Assembly (NCBI GenBank): GCA_050173015.1
Contig: JBFXLE010000002.1
Location: 96,001-160,000, forward strand
DNA length: 64,000 nt
Reading direction: 5' to 3'
Origin: Calditrichaceae bacterium
Lineage (GTDB): Bacteria > Calditrichota > Calditrichia > Calditrichales > JBFXGD01
The notes beneath the pieces were generated by a model. The model was given only the letters and a program-made list of their open reading frames with translations. It was not told where the DNA came from and searched no databases. Made by a program: the position numbers and the translations under genes. How positions within the stretch are numbered: position 1 is the first letter of the stretch; each line of letters starts with the position of its first letter. Shown here piece after piece: positions 1-9,878 of this stretch.

Positions 1-2
1 AT

Positions 3-1127
3 ACGGGCCTGGGCAGGGCGCCTCTTAATCCTGAATTGTTGAAAAATTTAGATCAAATCGGCCGTTATACAAACCTTGAGATCCAGTTGGAAAACGGCAG
101 AAGGGGACAGCGAAACGATCATTTATCACGATTACTCAGCATATTAACCGGGGCTGAGGATGGCCTTGCTGTTAATAATAATGCCGCCGCGGTAATGCTT
201 ATGCTCCATAGCCTGGCAAATCGTAAGGAAGTCATTCTCTCGCGCGGCGAAATGATTGAAATTGGCGGCGCTTTCCGTATGCCCGAAGTCATAAAAATGA
301 GCGGTTGTAAACTGCATGAAGTCGGCACTACAAATAAAACACATCTGGATGACTATGAAAAGGCAATTAATGAGCGCACTGCCGCCATATTAATTTGCCA
401 TCCGAGCAATTTTGAAGTGAAGGGATTCTCTCAAAAACCTGATATTAAAGAAATTATTGCAATCGGGAAAAAATATAAAATTCCTGTGATCTATGATCTT
501 GGAAGCGGATCGTTGTTAGATACCACTAAATTTGGATCTGATTCAGAACCTGTTGTTTCGGATATTATCGCCATGGATATCGATATGGTGTCCTTTTCCG
601 GTGATAAACTTCTCGGAGGCCCGCAGTCAGGCATTATTGTCGGCAAGAGACGCTGGATCCGGAAGTGTGCCAAAAATCATTTGCTGAGAGCTCTCAGGCT
701 GGATAAAATTATGATCAGCCTCCTGCAGAAAACATTAATTCAATATTTAGAGGGGGATGCTGTCCTTCAGAAATTGGATGCTCTGCAGTCCCTTACGTTA
801 AAAGCTGAAAAATTAAAAAGTCGCTGTGAAAAAATTACAGAAAAATTACCGGAATCAGTAAAGAAAAGCATAAAAATCATTCCATCCTCAGGAAAAGTCG
901 GGAGCGGGGCTTATCCCTTAATGCCGCTCCCCTCATATGTCCTGCAAATTAAATCTGAACATCTTCGCCCTGATAAACTGGCAAAGAAATTCAGAACCCG
1001 GGCGGTGCCTGTATTTGTGAGGCTTGAAGATGAATCAGTGCTGATTGATCTGAGAACTGTGAGCAGTGATGAAGAGGCGGAATTGAAATCCGCTCTGATT
1101 GATTTGATACCGCGAATAACTGAGTGA
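3..1127 (+). CDS. selA: L-seryl-tRNA(Sec) selenium transferase, 5'-truncated by the window edge
   Basis: Frame is open from nt 3 (TGLGRAPL, matching the SelA HTNLGRAP motif); NNNAAAV, SRGEMIEIGGAFR, EVGTTN and PLP-lysine motif SFSGDKLLGGPQ. Confidence 0.96.
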   Translation, partial: TGLGRAPLNPELLKNLDQIGRYTNLEIQLENGRRGQRNDHLSRLLSILTGAEDGLAVNNNAAAVMLMLHSLANRKEVILSRGEMIEIGGAFRMPEVIKMSGCKLHEVGTTNKTHLDDYEKAINERTAAILICHPSNFEVKGFSQKPDIKEIIAIGKKYKIPVIYDLGSGSLLDTTKFGSDSEPVVSDIIAMDIDMVSFSGDKLLGGPQSGIIVGKRRWIRKCAKNHLLRALRLDKIMISLLQKTLIQYLEGDAVLQKLDALQSLTLKAEKLKSRCEKITEKLPESVKKSIKIIPSSGKVGSGAYPLMPLPSYVLQIKSEHLRPDKLAKKFRTRAVPVFVRLEDESVLIDLRTVSSDEEAELKSALIDLIPRITE

Positions 1128-1577
1128 TACCTATTATTTTAATCTAATATTCCCCGGATTTGAGCAGTTCCGGTCATTCCGCGAGAAAGATAAAAAAAAT
1201 CGCCTGATTAAAAATTCAAAATTTCAATGATTTATTCATCTTAGTGATTCCCCGTTCAATTACCGCACTTTTTTTAATCGATGTTTTGTCCCTGATTCAA
1301 GTCATATAAAAACAATGGTTAACAATGCTTTATTAATCGAATTCAGATAAAAATATTCTATGCGGACAATAATGTACCGCTTATTTGTCATTGTATGAAT
1401 AATCAGAGTAAAAAGTATGTGAAAAAAAATTTAAATTATAATGGAATTAATTGCTTACAGATTTGTATATTTTGTGTATTGATCCATGTTTAATTCAATT
1501 TTCGTCTTGGGATAGAATGAAAAGAAAAATTTCAATAAACGCCATTTTATCATGCTTTAGATGAGTAGGAGGTATTA

Positions 1578-2972
1578 ATGGATTCACCATTTTTCTTGAT
1601 TGGCGTCGTAATTCTGGTACTTGCACTGGGCTTTCTTATATTTTTCATGTTTCGGCAATACCAGAAAGTAGGACCTAATGAAATCTTAATTATTTCAGGC
1701 GGACGTAAAAATGTTGTGACCTCACCCGATGGTATTCAAAATGAAATCGGATTTAAATACAGAATCGGAGGGGGCGCTTTGGTAAATCCGTTCACTCAGC
1801 GGGTAGAAAGACTGCCTATTGAGGTGATCCCTGTCGGTGCCAAAATTCCCGAAGTATTATCCAAAAACGGTATTCCTATCACGGCGGAATTTACCGCGCA
1901 GGTTAAAATTGATACCAATGATTATTCATTATATCTCGCCATTACCAACTTTTTAAGCCGTGGAACCGAGGGCATTCTGGAAGTCTCCACAACCGTTCTT
2001 GAAAGCATGGTGCGTGAAGTTATCGGTACTTTCACTGTGGAAGAGATATTTACAAAACGGAACGAATTCTCAAAAAGAGTCAACGAAGCGCTTCGCGTGG
2101 ATTTTTCGAAAATGGGATTGGTTCTTATGTCGTTTGGTTTAAAAGAAATCAGTGATTCCCAGGGATATATCGAGGCGCTGAGCAAACCGCATATCACGGC
2201 AGCCAAATATCAGGCGGAAGTTGACCGGGCCGAAAAGGACAAAGAAATAACGATAAAATCAGCCCAGGCTAAAAAAGAAGGGGAAATCGCCAGACTTGCC
2301 GCCGAAGCCGAAGTTGCCAAAGCATCATGGAACAATGAAGCAAAAAAGGCTGAATCACAGGTCGATGTGAACCAGAAAAAAGCGCGCGCGGATATGGCTT
2401 ATGAACTTGAGCGATTTAAAATTCAGCAAAATCTCAAAAAAGAAGAATATGGCGTCAAAAAAATTGAAATGGAAGAAGCAACCAAGCTCGAAGAGATGAG
2501 TATCAGGAAAAAACAAAAAGAGCTGGAAGCGAATATTTTAAAACCCGCGGAAGCCAGAAAATTTCAGGTTAAAACGGAAGCAGACGCGGAACGTTACAGG
2601 ATTGAAACCGAATCCAAAGGAAAACTCGAAGTCAGAAAACAGGAAGATGCCGCTGACGCGGACAGGATTAAAATGATCGGTAACGCGGAAGCGGAATCAA
2701 TGGCTAAGAAGTCAAAAGCTTACGAATCATACAATCAGGCGGCCATGTATGAAATGATCATGGAGAAGATGCCGGAGATAGCCAGAGCGGTTTCTGAGCC
2801 CCTGTCAAAGCTGGATAAAATTGTGATGATTCAAAATGACGGCAAGTTAGGAACATCAAAACTGACCGGACAGATAACCGATATCATTGCTCAGTTGCCA
2901 GAGGTGGTCGAGGCGCTTACCGGGGCGGATATAAAAAAAATTATAAAGAAAAAAACATCGGATGAAGGCTAA
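1578..2972 (+). CDS. Flotillin / SPFH (band 7) family membrane protein
   Basis: N-terminal TM helix, SPFH region (PNEILIISG, GGG, LKEISDSQGYIEAL), long A/E/K-rich coiled coil, flotillin C-terminus (MPEIARAVSEPLSKLDKI); RBS AGGAGG. Confidence 0.9.
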   Translation: MDSPFFLIGVVILVLALGFLIFFMFRQYQKVGPNEILIISGGRKNVVTSPDGIQNEIGFKYRIGGGALVNPFTQRVERLPIEVIPVGAKIPEVLSKNGIPITAEFTAQVKIDTNDYSLYLAITNFLSRGTEGILEVSTTVLESMVREVIGTFTVEEIFTKRNEFSKRVNEALRVDFSKMGLVLMSFGLKEISDSQGYIEALSKPHITAAKYQAEVDRAEKDKEITIKSAQAKKEGEIARLAAEAEVAKASWNNEAKKAESQVDVNQKKARADMAYELERFKIQQNLKKEEYGVKKIEMEEATKLEEMSIRKKQKELEANILKPAEARKFQVKTEADAERYRIETESKGKLEVRKQEDAADADRIKMIGNAEAESMAKKSKAYESYNQAAMYEMIMEKMPEIARAVSEPLSKLDKIVMIQNDGKLGTSKLTGQITDIIAQLPEVVEALTGADIKKIIKKKTSDEG

Positions 2973-3076
2973 AAGGGACAAAACCTTTCTTTAGGTAATT
3001 ATAATTTTTAAACGCTGGTTCCGTTTTTGATATACGGGAGCGAATTTAAGGAATAATTTTTGACAAGGGGAAAAGA

Positions 3077-5422
3077 GTGGTCTCCGAACGGATAAAGAAT
3101 ATCAACATCTCGCCTACTATAAAAATTGCGGCAAAAGCGATCGCGATGAAATCAGAGGGAATAGATGTGGTGGATTTCAGTGTCGGCGAACCTGATTTTA
3201 CCACACCGCAGTTTATTAAAGACGCCGCGAAGAAAGCAATTGATCAGGATCTGACGAAATATACCATCAACAGGGGAATTGTCCCCTTGAGGAAGGCGAT
3301 TGCAAAGAAACTAAAGGAAGACAACAACCTTGAATATGATATTTCCGAAATTATTGTATCCAATGGCGCCAAGCAGGCTCTGTATAATGCAATTCTCTCA
3401 GTTGTAAATCCGGGTGATGAAGTCATTGTTCCCGCGCCCTATTGGGTATCATATCCCGAAATGGTGCTGCTCGCTCAGGGAAAGCCGGTCATCATTTCAA
3501 CAAAGGAGGAGAACGGATTCAAAGTGACTCCTGATGAACTTCGTAAGGCCATCTCCGCGAACACAAGGGCAATTATACTCTGCAATCCGTCAAATCCAAC
3601 CGGCGCGGCATATAAACGGAGTGAACTGCAAGCCCTGGCCGAAATAGTTGAAAGTGAAGATATCTTTGTTATTGCTGATGAAATATATGAGAAACTGGTC
3701 TATGATGATTTTAAATTTATCAGTTTCGCGTCACTAAGTAATAAAATCAGACAAAAGACCATATTGATTAATGGGGTCTCAAAAGCGTATGCCATGACAG
3801 GCTGGCGGATTGGATACGCGGCCGGACCTGCTGAACTTATCAATGGCGCGGAAAAAATTCAAAGCCACAGCACTTCGAACGCTTCAACTATTTCGCAATA
3901 CGCGAGCCTGGAAGCGTTAAACGGCCCGCAATATGAAATCTCCCGGATGACCAGTGAATTTCAGAAACGGCGTAATTACATCATGTATAAACTCGGAACA
4001 ATACCCGGTGTGTCCTGCCATAATCCTGAAGGCGCGTTCTATGTGTTTCCGAATATTTCTTCTTTCTTTGGGAAAGAATATAACGGCACTTATATACGTA
4101 ATTCTTACGGACTGGCCTACTATCTTTTAAGAGAAGCAAAAGTTGCGTTAATACCGGGAGCGGCTTTCGGAGCGGATGATTATATCCGTATTTCCTACGC
4201 GACATCGATGAAAAATATTGAAAAAGGCATGGAGCGCGTTACAGAAGCTTTGATGAAGCTGAAAACACCCGCGAGTGTAAAACATACAAAACTTAATAAC
4301 ATGGTCACCAGTCTTAAAAAACAGGTTTCAGTCGACTCAACCCTGAATATTGAAAAACGTGACGCTCTTGTGGCTGAAGCGGAAGCCCAGCTCAAATATG
4401 ATCGATATTTTGAATGGAACGCCAATATAAACGGGGTAATTGTGCAGTTAAGGACGAATAACGGGCATCTTTACGATTTCTGGATGGAGAACTGGTATCC
4501 GGCGCAGCTTGAAGCCGATATCGAGCCACACGGAATTATTTATGCCGTCGAAGGAGCCGTTGGAAGGGAGCCTTACGGATTTTACAATTCGGAAACAAAA
4601 ACGGGGATCCTGTTCAATAGCGATTATTACGGTTCTTTACGGAGCCTGGCATTAGGCCTGGTAACCGATGTTGGAGAACGTTTGTTTGATTTACACGCCC
4701 TGCGCGCCATGTCGGCTGATTATTCCGGGGCAGGATTTGCTGTGATGGGTCCGAAGGGAACGCATAAGACAGAGCTCTTCTACCGGCTTCTGCAGAATGA
4801 AAACATTGCCCTTCATTCAAACGATATAGTATTTGTGCGCTATGGGGGAGGATACGCTGCGGCGGATAATCCCGAACGGAAATTATACATCCCCACAAAT
4901 TCCGCCAGCGTGTTTCAAAGACTCGGTGAATTATTTGATCGCAGTAAATGTGAAAATGTGGTAATGAGCAAAGACGATTGCAAAAATCAAAAATGCCAGG
5001 CATTAGAAGAGTGCTCTCTTGACCGCGGCTATCCGTATTGTTATGAAGCGTCAAAAACCTCCGCCGCAATGCTCGATCCATACTGGATCGGCGGTATGCG
5101 CAAACATGTGAAACGCATTGATATCAGCACGGTATTCATATTAAAAAATGATCCAATCGGAAACGCCATCTCATTAATGGATCCTGATGAAGCGGTGCAG
5201 ATTCTGGAAGCCGGTTTTTCAAGCGGCGCCGTAATGGAAGAGGGACGGGGCAATTTGCCGTTCTATAATCCGCATTTATTATTGAAGACAACAGAGCGGC
5301 TGGAATTACAGAAAAAATCATTCCGCAAATTATTTAAGTCCGCCGCGTGTTATTCAGTAAATACCGGCGCCGGGAACTTGTCGGAAATTCAAAACCGTAT
5401 GATAGAAATTTTGTCAAAATGA
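3077..5422 (+). CDS. Aspartate aminotransferase (class I/II, subgroup Ib-like) fused to a C-terminal degenerate PEPCK-like domain
   Basis: aa 1-~395: GEPDF, SNGAKQAL, CNPSNPTG, DEIY, PLP-lysine SKAYAMTGWRIG, GAFYVF, RISYA. aa ~425-781: PEPCK-like motifs in the same order as the next gene (see findings). GTG start with upstream GGGG RBS. Confidence 0.88.
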   Translation: MVSERIKNINISPTIKIAAKAIAMKSEGIDVVDFSVGEPDFTTPQFIKDAAKKAIDQDLTKYTINRGIVPLRKAIAKKLKEDNNLEYDISEIIVSNGAKQALYNAILSVVNPGDEVIVPAPYWVSYPEMVLLAQGKPVIISTKEENGFKVTPDELRKAISANTRAIILCNPSNPTGAAYKRSELQALAEIVESEDIFVIADEIYEKLVYDDFKFISFASLSNKIRQKTILINGVSKAYAMTGWRIGYAAGPAELINGAEKIQSHSTSNASTISQYASLEALNGPQYEISRMTSEFQKRRNYIMYKLGTIPGVSCHNPEGAFYVFPNISSFFGKEYNGTYIRNSYGLAYYLLREAKVALIPGAAFGADDYIRISYATSMKNIEKGMERVTEALMKLKTPASVKHTKLNNMVTSLKKQVSVDSTLNIEKRDALVAEAEAQLKYDRYFEWNANINGVIVQLRTNNGHLYDFWMENWYPAQLEADIEPHGIIYAVEGAVGREPYGFYNSETKTGILFNSDYYGSLRSLALGLVTDVGERLFDLHALRAMSADYSGAGFAVMGPKGTHKTELFYRLLQNENIALHSNDIVFVRYGGGYAAADNPERKLYIPTNSASVFQRLGELFDRSKCENVVMSKDDCKNQKCQALEECSLDRGYPYCYEASKTSAAMLDPYWIGGMRKHVKRIDISTVFILKNDPIGNAISLMDPDEAVQILEAGFSSGAVMEEGRGNLPFYNPHLLLKTTERLELQKKSFRKLFKSAACYSVNTGAGNLSEIQNRMIEILSK

Positions 5423-5478
5423 AATAGTCACAAAGAAGTATGAATCTGAAATTTTGATCATTTAACGGGAAGTCTGAT

Positions 5479-7320
5479 ATGTCAAAAGATGTATATAACG
5501 AGGCGTATTACAAAAAATTTTATAATGAGCTTATCCCAATTCTCAATGGTAAAAATATTAGAACGGTTGATATGGGCTGGCTCGAACGACAGGCCAGGAG
5601 TTTCGCGAATAAGACAAATTATGGCTCCTATGTGTGGTCATCAAAGATATCAAACCGCCTCGCGGCCAAGACTGTTTACCTCGGGAGTGAAAAGGTTCGT
5701 CTGCCAAAGCCGACCGCAGAACATCTTAAACTGATTGAAAACGCGCCGGAGCAGCTTGAAAAAGTCCTGCATCTCGTAAAAACCCTGCCATTTGTCCACG
5801 TTCGCCGTCAAATGGGCAACAATGATAAGTTTAATCCCGTATGCGATTTTTATGTCAGCACAGTTGATCCAAAGAATGTCCGGCTGGCCTATATGTGGGG
5901 CAGCACCATGTTTGATGTCTCCTCAAGACCCGGACCTAATTTTATAATGATTCATATCCCCGAAGAACACATGCTAAGATCTCAAATCCTGGCGCTTCCG
6001 GAGTATAATCTTAATATCGCCCTTGGGTCTGACTACCTCGGGGAGGATAAAAAAGGCTTTTTGAGACAGGCTATGTGGAGAGCTGATGAGCAGGGGATGC
6101 TTGGATTGCATTCCGGCAGCAAGATTGTAAAAGTACGCGATCCCAGGGAAGGAAGATTAAAAAAGTACGGTGTATTCTTGTTTGGAATGACCGCGACCGG
6201 AAAATCAACATGGTCTTGTCACCAGTTGGGACTTGATCAAGAGAGAGGTGAAACTACTGAAGTCGGTCAGGATGATATAACGTTTCTCGCTCCCGACGGC
6301 TCGGCGCTCGGTTCTGAAAATAATTTCTATGTAAAAACGGATGTCATGCCCGATCAGCAGGAAGCCATGTACAACGCGTTAATAGACAAGTCCGCGCTGA
6401 TCGAAAATGTTATGCTGGATGCTAAGGGTGATCTTGATTTTCTGGATGAGAGCCTATGTGGAAACGGTCGCGCGGTAGTGTTCAGAGAAAAATTACGTGT
6501 AAAAAGGGGCAACAAGCTCATCAACATCAGCGCTCCTACAATCAACCTGCCGACTCTTGATGAAATGGACGGATTAATTTTCGCTTTCATTACTCGCAGA
6601 AATACCATCATGCCGTTTGCTCAGGAGTTAACTCCGGAACAAGGAGTTCTTGCCTATCTTTGGGGTGAATCGACGCACAGTTATGCTTCAAGCCCGGAAA
6701 AGGCGGGTGAATCGGTCAGAATAGTAGGAACCGACCCGTTTATTATCGGATCTCGAGGCAAGAAGGTAAATCGTTTTCATGATATTATCATGATGCTTGT
6801 CGATAAATATCCCGGCAAGATCCGTTTTATGATGTATAACACCGGCGGCATGGGTGAGATTATTGAAGACATCGAAGAGAACGGAAGCATCAGGAAAAAA
6901 ATGGTTAGAAAAACAGACAGGGTACCGCTGAGTCTTATGGCTGCCATTCAACGCGGAGATTTGAGAGGCACCAATACCTATGAAGATGGAATTCTAGGCA
7001 CAAAATCAATTGTGGCAGTAGAAGGAAAGCCGATCCCCGAATATGATATCAGCAATTTTTATACGCCTGAACAGATCGATTATTATATTAAAGATCTTGT
7101 GGATGGGCGAAAAAAATACACGAATCTCATCGCATCCGAGGGATTGAAGCCGGAAATCATCAGGGCCGCGGAGAAGTCATTCCGTATTGATCCTTCTCAG
7201 CGCAAAGAGATGTTCACCGTGCCATTCTCAACCGGTAAAGAAAAAGAACCTGTTGTGCTTATAAAATCGGATGAACCCGTCTCCCGACCAAGGAAACCCG
7301 GAAGCTGGCGGTGGCGTTGA
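5479..7320 (+). CDS. pckA: Phosphoenolpyruvate carboxykinase (ATP-type fold), divergent
   Basis: DYLGEDKK (Y-x-G-E-x-K-K), GMLGLH, P-loop FGMTATGKST, QDD metal motif, ENNFYVKT, LIENV, NGRA, YNTG. Confidence 0.82.
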   Translation: MSKDVYNEAYYKKFYNELIPILNGKNIRTVDMGWLERQARSFANKTNYGSYVWSSKISNRLAAKTVYLGSEKVRLPKPTAEHLKLIENAPEQLEKVLHLVKTLPFVHVRRQMGNNDKFNPVCDFYVSTVDPKNVRLAYMWGSTMFDVSSRPGPNFIMIHIPEEHMLRSQILALPEYNLNIALGSDYLGEDKKGFLRQAMWRADEQGMLGLHSGSKIVKVRDPREGRLKKYGVFLFGMTATGKSTWSCHQLGLDQERGETTEVGQDDITFLAPDGSALGSENNFYVKTDVMPDQQEAMYNALIDKSALIENVMLDAKGDLDFLDESLCGNGRAVVFREKLRVKRGNKLINISAPTINLPTLDEMDGLIFAFITRRNTIMPFAQELTPEQGVLAYLWGESTHSYASSPEKAGESVRIVGTDPFIIGSRGKKVNRFHDIIMMLVDKYPGKIRFMMYNTGGMGEIIEDIEENGSIRKKMVRKTDRVPLSLMAAIQRGDLRGTNTYEDGILGTKSIVAVEGKPIPEYDISNFYTPEQIDYYIKDLVDGRKKYTNLIASEGLKPEIIRAAEKSFRIDPSQRKEMFTVPFSTGKEKEPVVLIKSDEPVSRPRKPGSWRWR

Positions 7321-7391
7321 TTCGTGTGATCCGGGATATAAATGATAATATCAGACAGATTATGATCAAGAAAACCATGCAGGAATGATCG

Positions 7392-7808
7392 ATGGAGAGA
7401 ACGTTAGCTATTATAAAACCTGACGGTGTCGCGGCCGGACTTATCGGTGAAATCATCAGCAGAATAGAGAAGGAAGGTATTAATATTATCGGGATGAGGC
7501 TGGAACATCTCGACCGGCGGAAAGCGGAAGGATTCTATTTTGTTCACCGCCAAAAACCTTTTTTTAATTCACTCATAGATTATATGACTTCGGGACCGTG
7601 TGTCCTGATGATACTGGAAAAAAACGATGCTGTCAAAAGCTGGAGAAGCCTGACCGGTGTGACAGACCCGGCAAAAGCGGCCAGAGGGACCATTAGGGGG
7701 GATATGGGCACCAGCATCGAAAGAAATGTGGTACACGGTTCCGATTCGCAGGAATCCGCTTCATTTGAGATTAATTACTTTTTTAAAGGAACAGAAATTT
7801 TTAAATAG
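7392..7808 (+). CDS. ndk: Nucleoside diphosphate kinase
   Basis: ERTLAIIKPDG, SGP, GTIRGD, catalytic NVVHGSDS. Confidence 0.97.
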   Translation: MERTLAIIKPDGVAAGLIGEIISRIEKEGINIIGMRLEHLDRRKAEGFYFVHRQKPFFNSLIDYMTSGPCVLMILEKNDAVKSWRSLTGVTDPAKAARGTIRGDMGTSIERNVVHGSDSQESASFEINYFFKGTEIFK

Positions 7809-7898
7809 AACATTCGCCTTGACAATTGTTTGATTTCTTTCGATTTTTAATCCATTAAAATATTCAGATAACCTTTATTTATTAACTAGTCAAATATA

Positions 7899-9809
7899 AT
7901 GAATAAACATACAATCATTGGTATGGCCGGACATATCGACCATGGCAAAACCGCTATTATCAGAGCCTTAAGCGGCATCGAAACCGATCGTCTTAAGGAA
8001 GAGATAGAACGCGGGATTACGATCGATATAGGTTTTGCTTATTGGAAGAACAATGTAACTATTATTGATGTACCCGGGCATGAACGTTTTGTAAGAAATA
8101 TGATAGCCGGCGTTAGTACAGTTAATTTGTTTTTGCTGGTCATAGCTGCAGATGACGGTATCATGCCTCAAACGATAGAGCATCTGGAAATTCTAAAATT
8201 TTTTGGGGTGGGTAACGGTGTTGTCGCCTTAAACAAGTCAGATCTGGTGGATGATGATTGGTTGTCATTGGTACGGGAAGATATAGATCAATTTCTTTCC
8301 GTACACGGATTTAATAATGTACCCGTGATCCCGGTATCCGCCGTAAAAGGCGATGGTATCAGTGAACTGGAAATGGTACTCATGCAAAAAATAGAGGGAT
8401 TAAAGCATGTTGAAAATGAGAGACCATTCAGGCTGAATGTGGATCGCAGTTTTTCCGCAAAAGGCTTCGGATCTGTTGTAACCGGTACAATCTTATCATC
8501 GGTGATTAAAACAGGAGATCGCGCTGAAATTCTGCCGGCCTTTAATGAAACGCGCATTAAGGGTATACAAGTCCATCAGCATGAAGTCGTGGAAGCGCAT
8601 TCTGGTCAGCGGGCTGCTGTTAACCTGGCCGGTGTAAACAAAGAAGAATTACCGAGAGGGGTAGTGATAACAGAACCGGGTCTGATAGCCACCGCATCAG
8701 AATTTCTTGCTGTCATTACCACAGTATCAAATCTCAAATTTAAATTAAAGAAACATATGACGGTAAGAGTGCATCTTGGAACCGCTGAATACACGGGAAA
8801 AATATTTTGGTTTGATGACCAGCGTTCACCGGGAGCCAGTGAAATGCTGCATGTCCGGATTAAAGTAAATGAGACGGCTGTCACGGCACCGGGGGATCCT
8901 GTTCTAATAAGGAGCTTCTCTCCGGTCACGACGATTGCAGGTGGTCGGGTACTGGAAATCAATCCACCAAAACTAAGACGTGATCCAAAAGTCTGGGATG
9001 CTTACTTTGGGATTCTAAAAAATGGCGGTCTGAATGACAAAATTAAGCAGATGTTCAGTTTTTCTGGATACAGATCGATCACAAACAAAGAAATTCAGCA
9101 AGCATGGTTCGAAAGACCTGAAAAAATTGATGATATTTTACAGAAGCTCGTAAAACAGAATGCGCTCATTGTTTTCGAGCAAAAAAATATCCGGCATTTT
9201 ATTTCTACAAAGAAATTAGAAGAGGGGCAGTATCAGATAATAGATATGCTCGGAAAAGAATTGTCTGAAAAAAAATATAAAAAAGGGCTGAATTTTAAAG
9301 AAGTTTTTAATCTCGCAAAGAAAATGCAAATGAGTGAAGTATTTCTTGAACGCGTATTGGGAAGAGGCGTAAATACCGAATCCATCTTTTTCAACGGAGA
9401 AGTGTATTTCACGGAAAATATAAAAAAATCGCGGGAAATGGACGTTATCAGGGAAAAAGTTGAAACCCGTTTCAGACGTGACCGGTTTACCGTGCCGGAT
9501 CTTCCGGCATTAGCAAAAGATTTCAATGTTTCCCTGCAAGACGCCAAAACAATCTCAGGTGAGTTGGTTAAAGATGGTATTCTCATCTCAATCAATGGTC
9601 AGTTTTATATACACAAAGATTCACTTGGGGACCTGATTTCTTTTCTAAAGCAACATTTCGAAAAAAACGATGAATTAGAGGTCACCGGCCTGAAAGATTT
9701 TTTAGACAGCAGCCGAAAATATGTAATTCCCCTGATCGAATATTGTGACCGGGCGGGATATACTATTAGGAAAGGAAACAACAGGGTAAAAGGCGTTTTT
9801 CCGGAATAG
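7899..9809 (+). CDS. selB: Selenocysteine-specific translation elongation factor
   Basis: [31 protein letters not shown], GTPase beta-barrel domains, C-terminal winged-helix SECIS-binding motif [11 protein letters not shown]. Confidence 0.96.
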   Translation: MNKHTIIGMAGHIDHGKTAIIRALSGIETDRLKEEIERGITIDIGFAYWKNNVTIIDVPGHERFVRNMIAGVSTVNLFLLVIAADDGIMPQTIEHLEILKFFGVGNGVVALNKSDLVDDDWLSLVREDIDQFLSVHGFNNVPVIPVSAVKGDGISELEMVLMQKIEGLKHVENERPFRLNVDRSFSAKGFGSVVTGTILSSVIKTGDRAEILPAFNETRIKGIQVHQHEVVEAHSGQRAAVNLAGVNKEELPRGVVITEPGLIATASEFLAVITTVSNLKFKLKKHMTVRVHLGTAEYTGKIFWFDDQRSPGASEMLHVRIKVNETAVTAPGDPVLIRSFSPVTTIAGGRVLEINPPKLRRDPKVWDAYFGILKNGGLNDKIKQMFSFSGYRSITNKEIQQAWFERPEKIDDILQKLVKQNALIVFEQKNIRHFISTKKLEEGQYQIIDMLGKELSEKKYKKGLNFKEVFNLAKKMQMSEVFLERVLGRGVNTESIFFNGEVYFTENIKKSREMDVIREKVETRFRRDRFTVPDLPALAKDFNVSLQDAKTISGELVKDGILISINGQFYIHKDSLGDLISFLKQHFEKNDELEVTGLKDFLDSSRKYVIPLIEYCDRAGYTIRKGNNRVKGVFPE

Positions 9810-9878
9810 CGTAATAAAACGCGTTAAAGAAATTTCAAATTTATCATGTAAAAAATGTTAATATCGGTGTGGTCGTCA

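Noticed and set aside
1128-1577. 450 bp gap after selA examined for tRNA-Sec, a riboswitch or a small gene
   Set aside because: AT-rich, with no cloverleaf, no TCA anticodon arm or T-loop, and no recognisable riboswitch; only weak hairpins. An Infernal/Rfam scan would be needed to exclude an ncRNA
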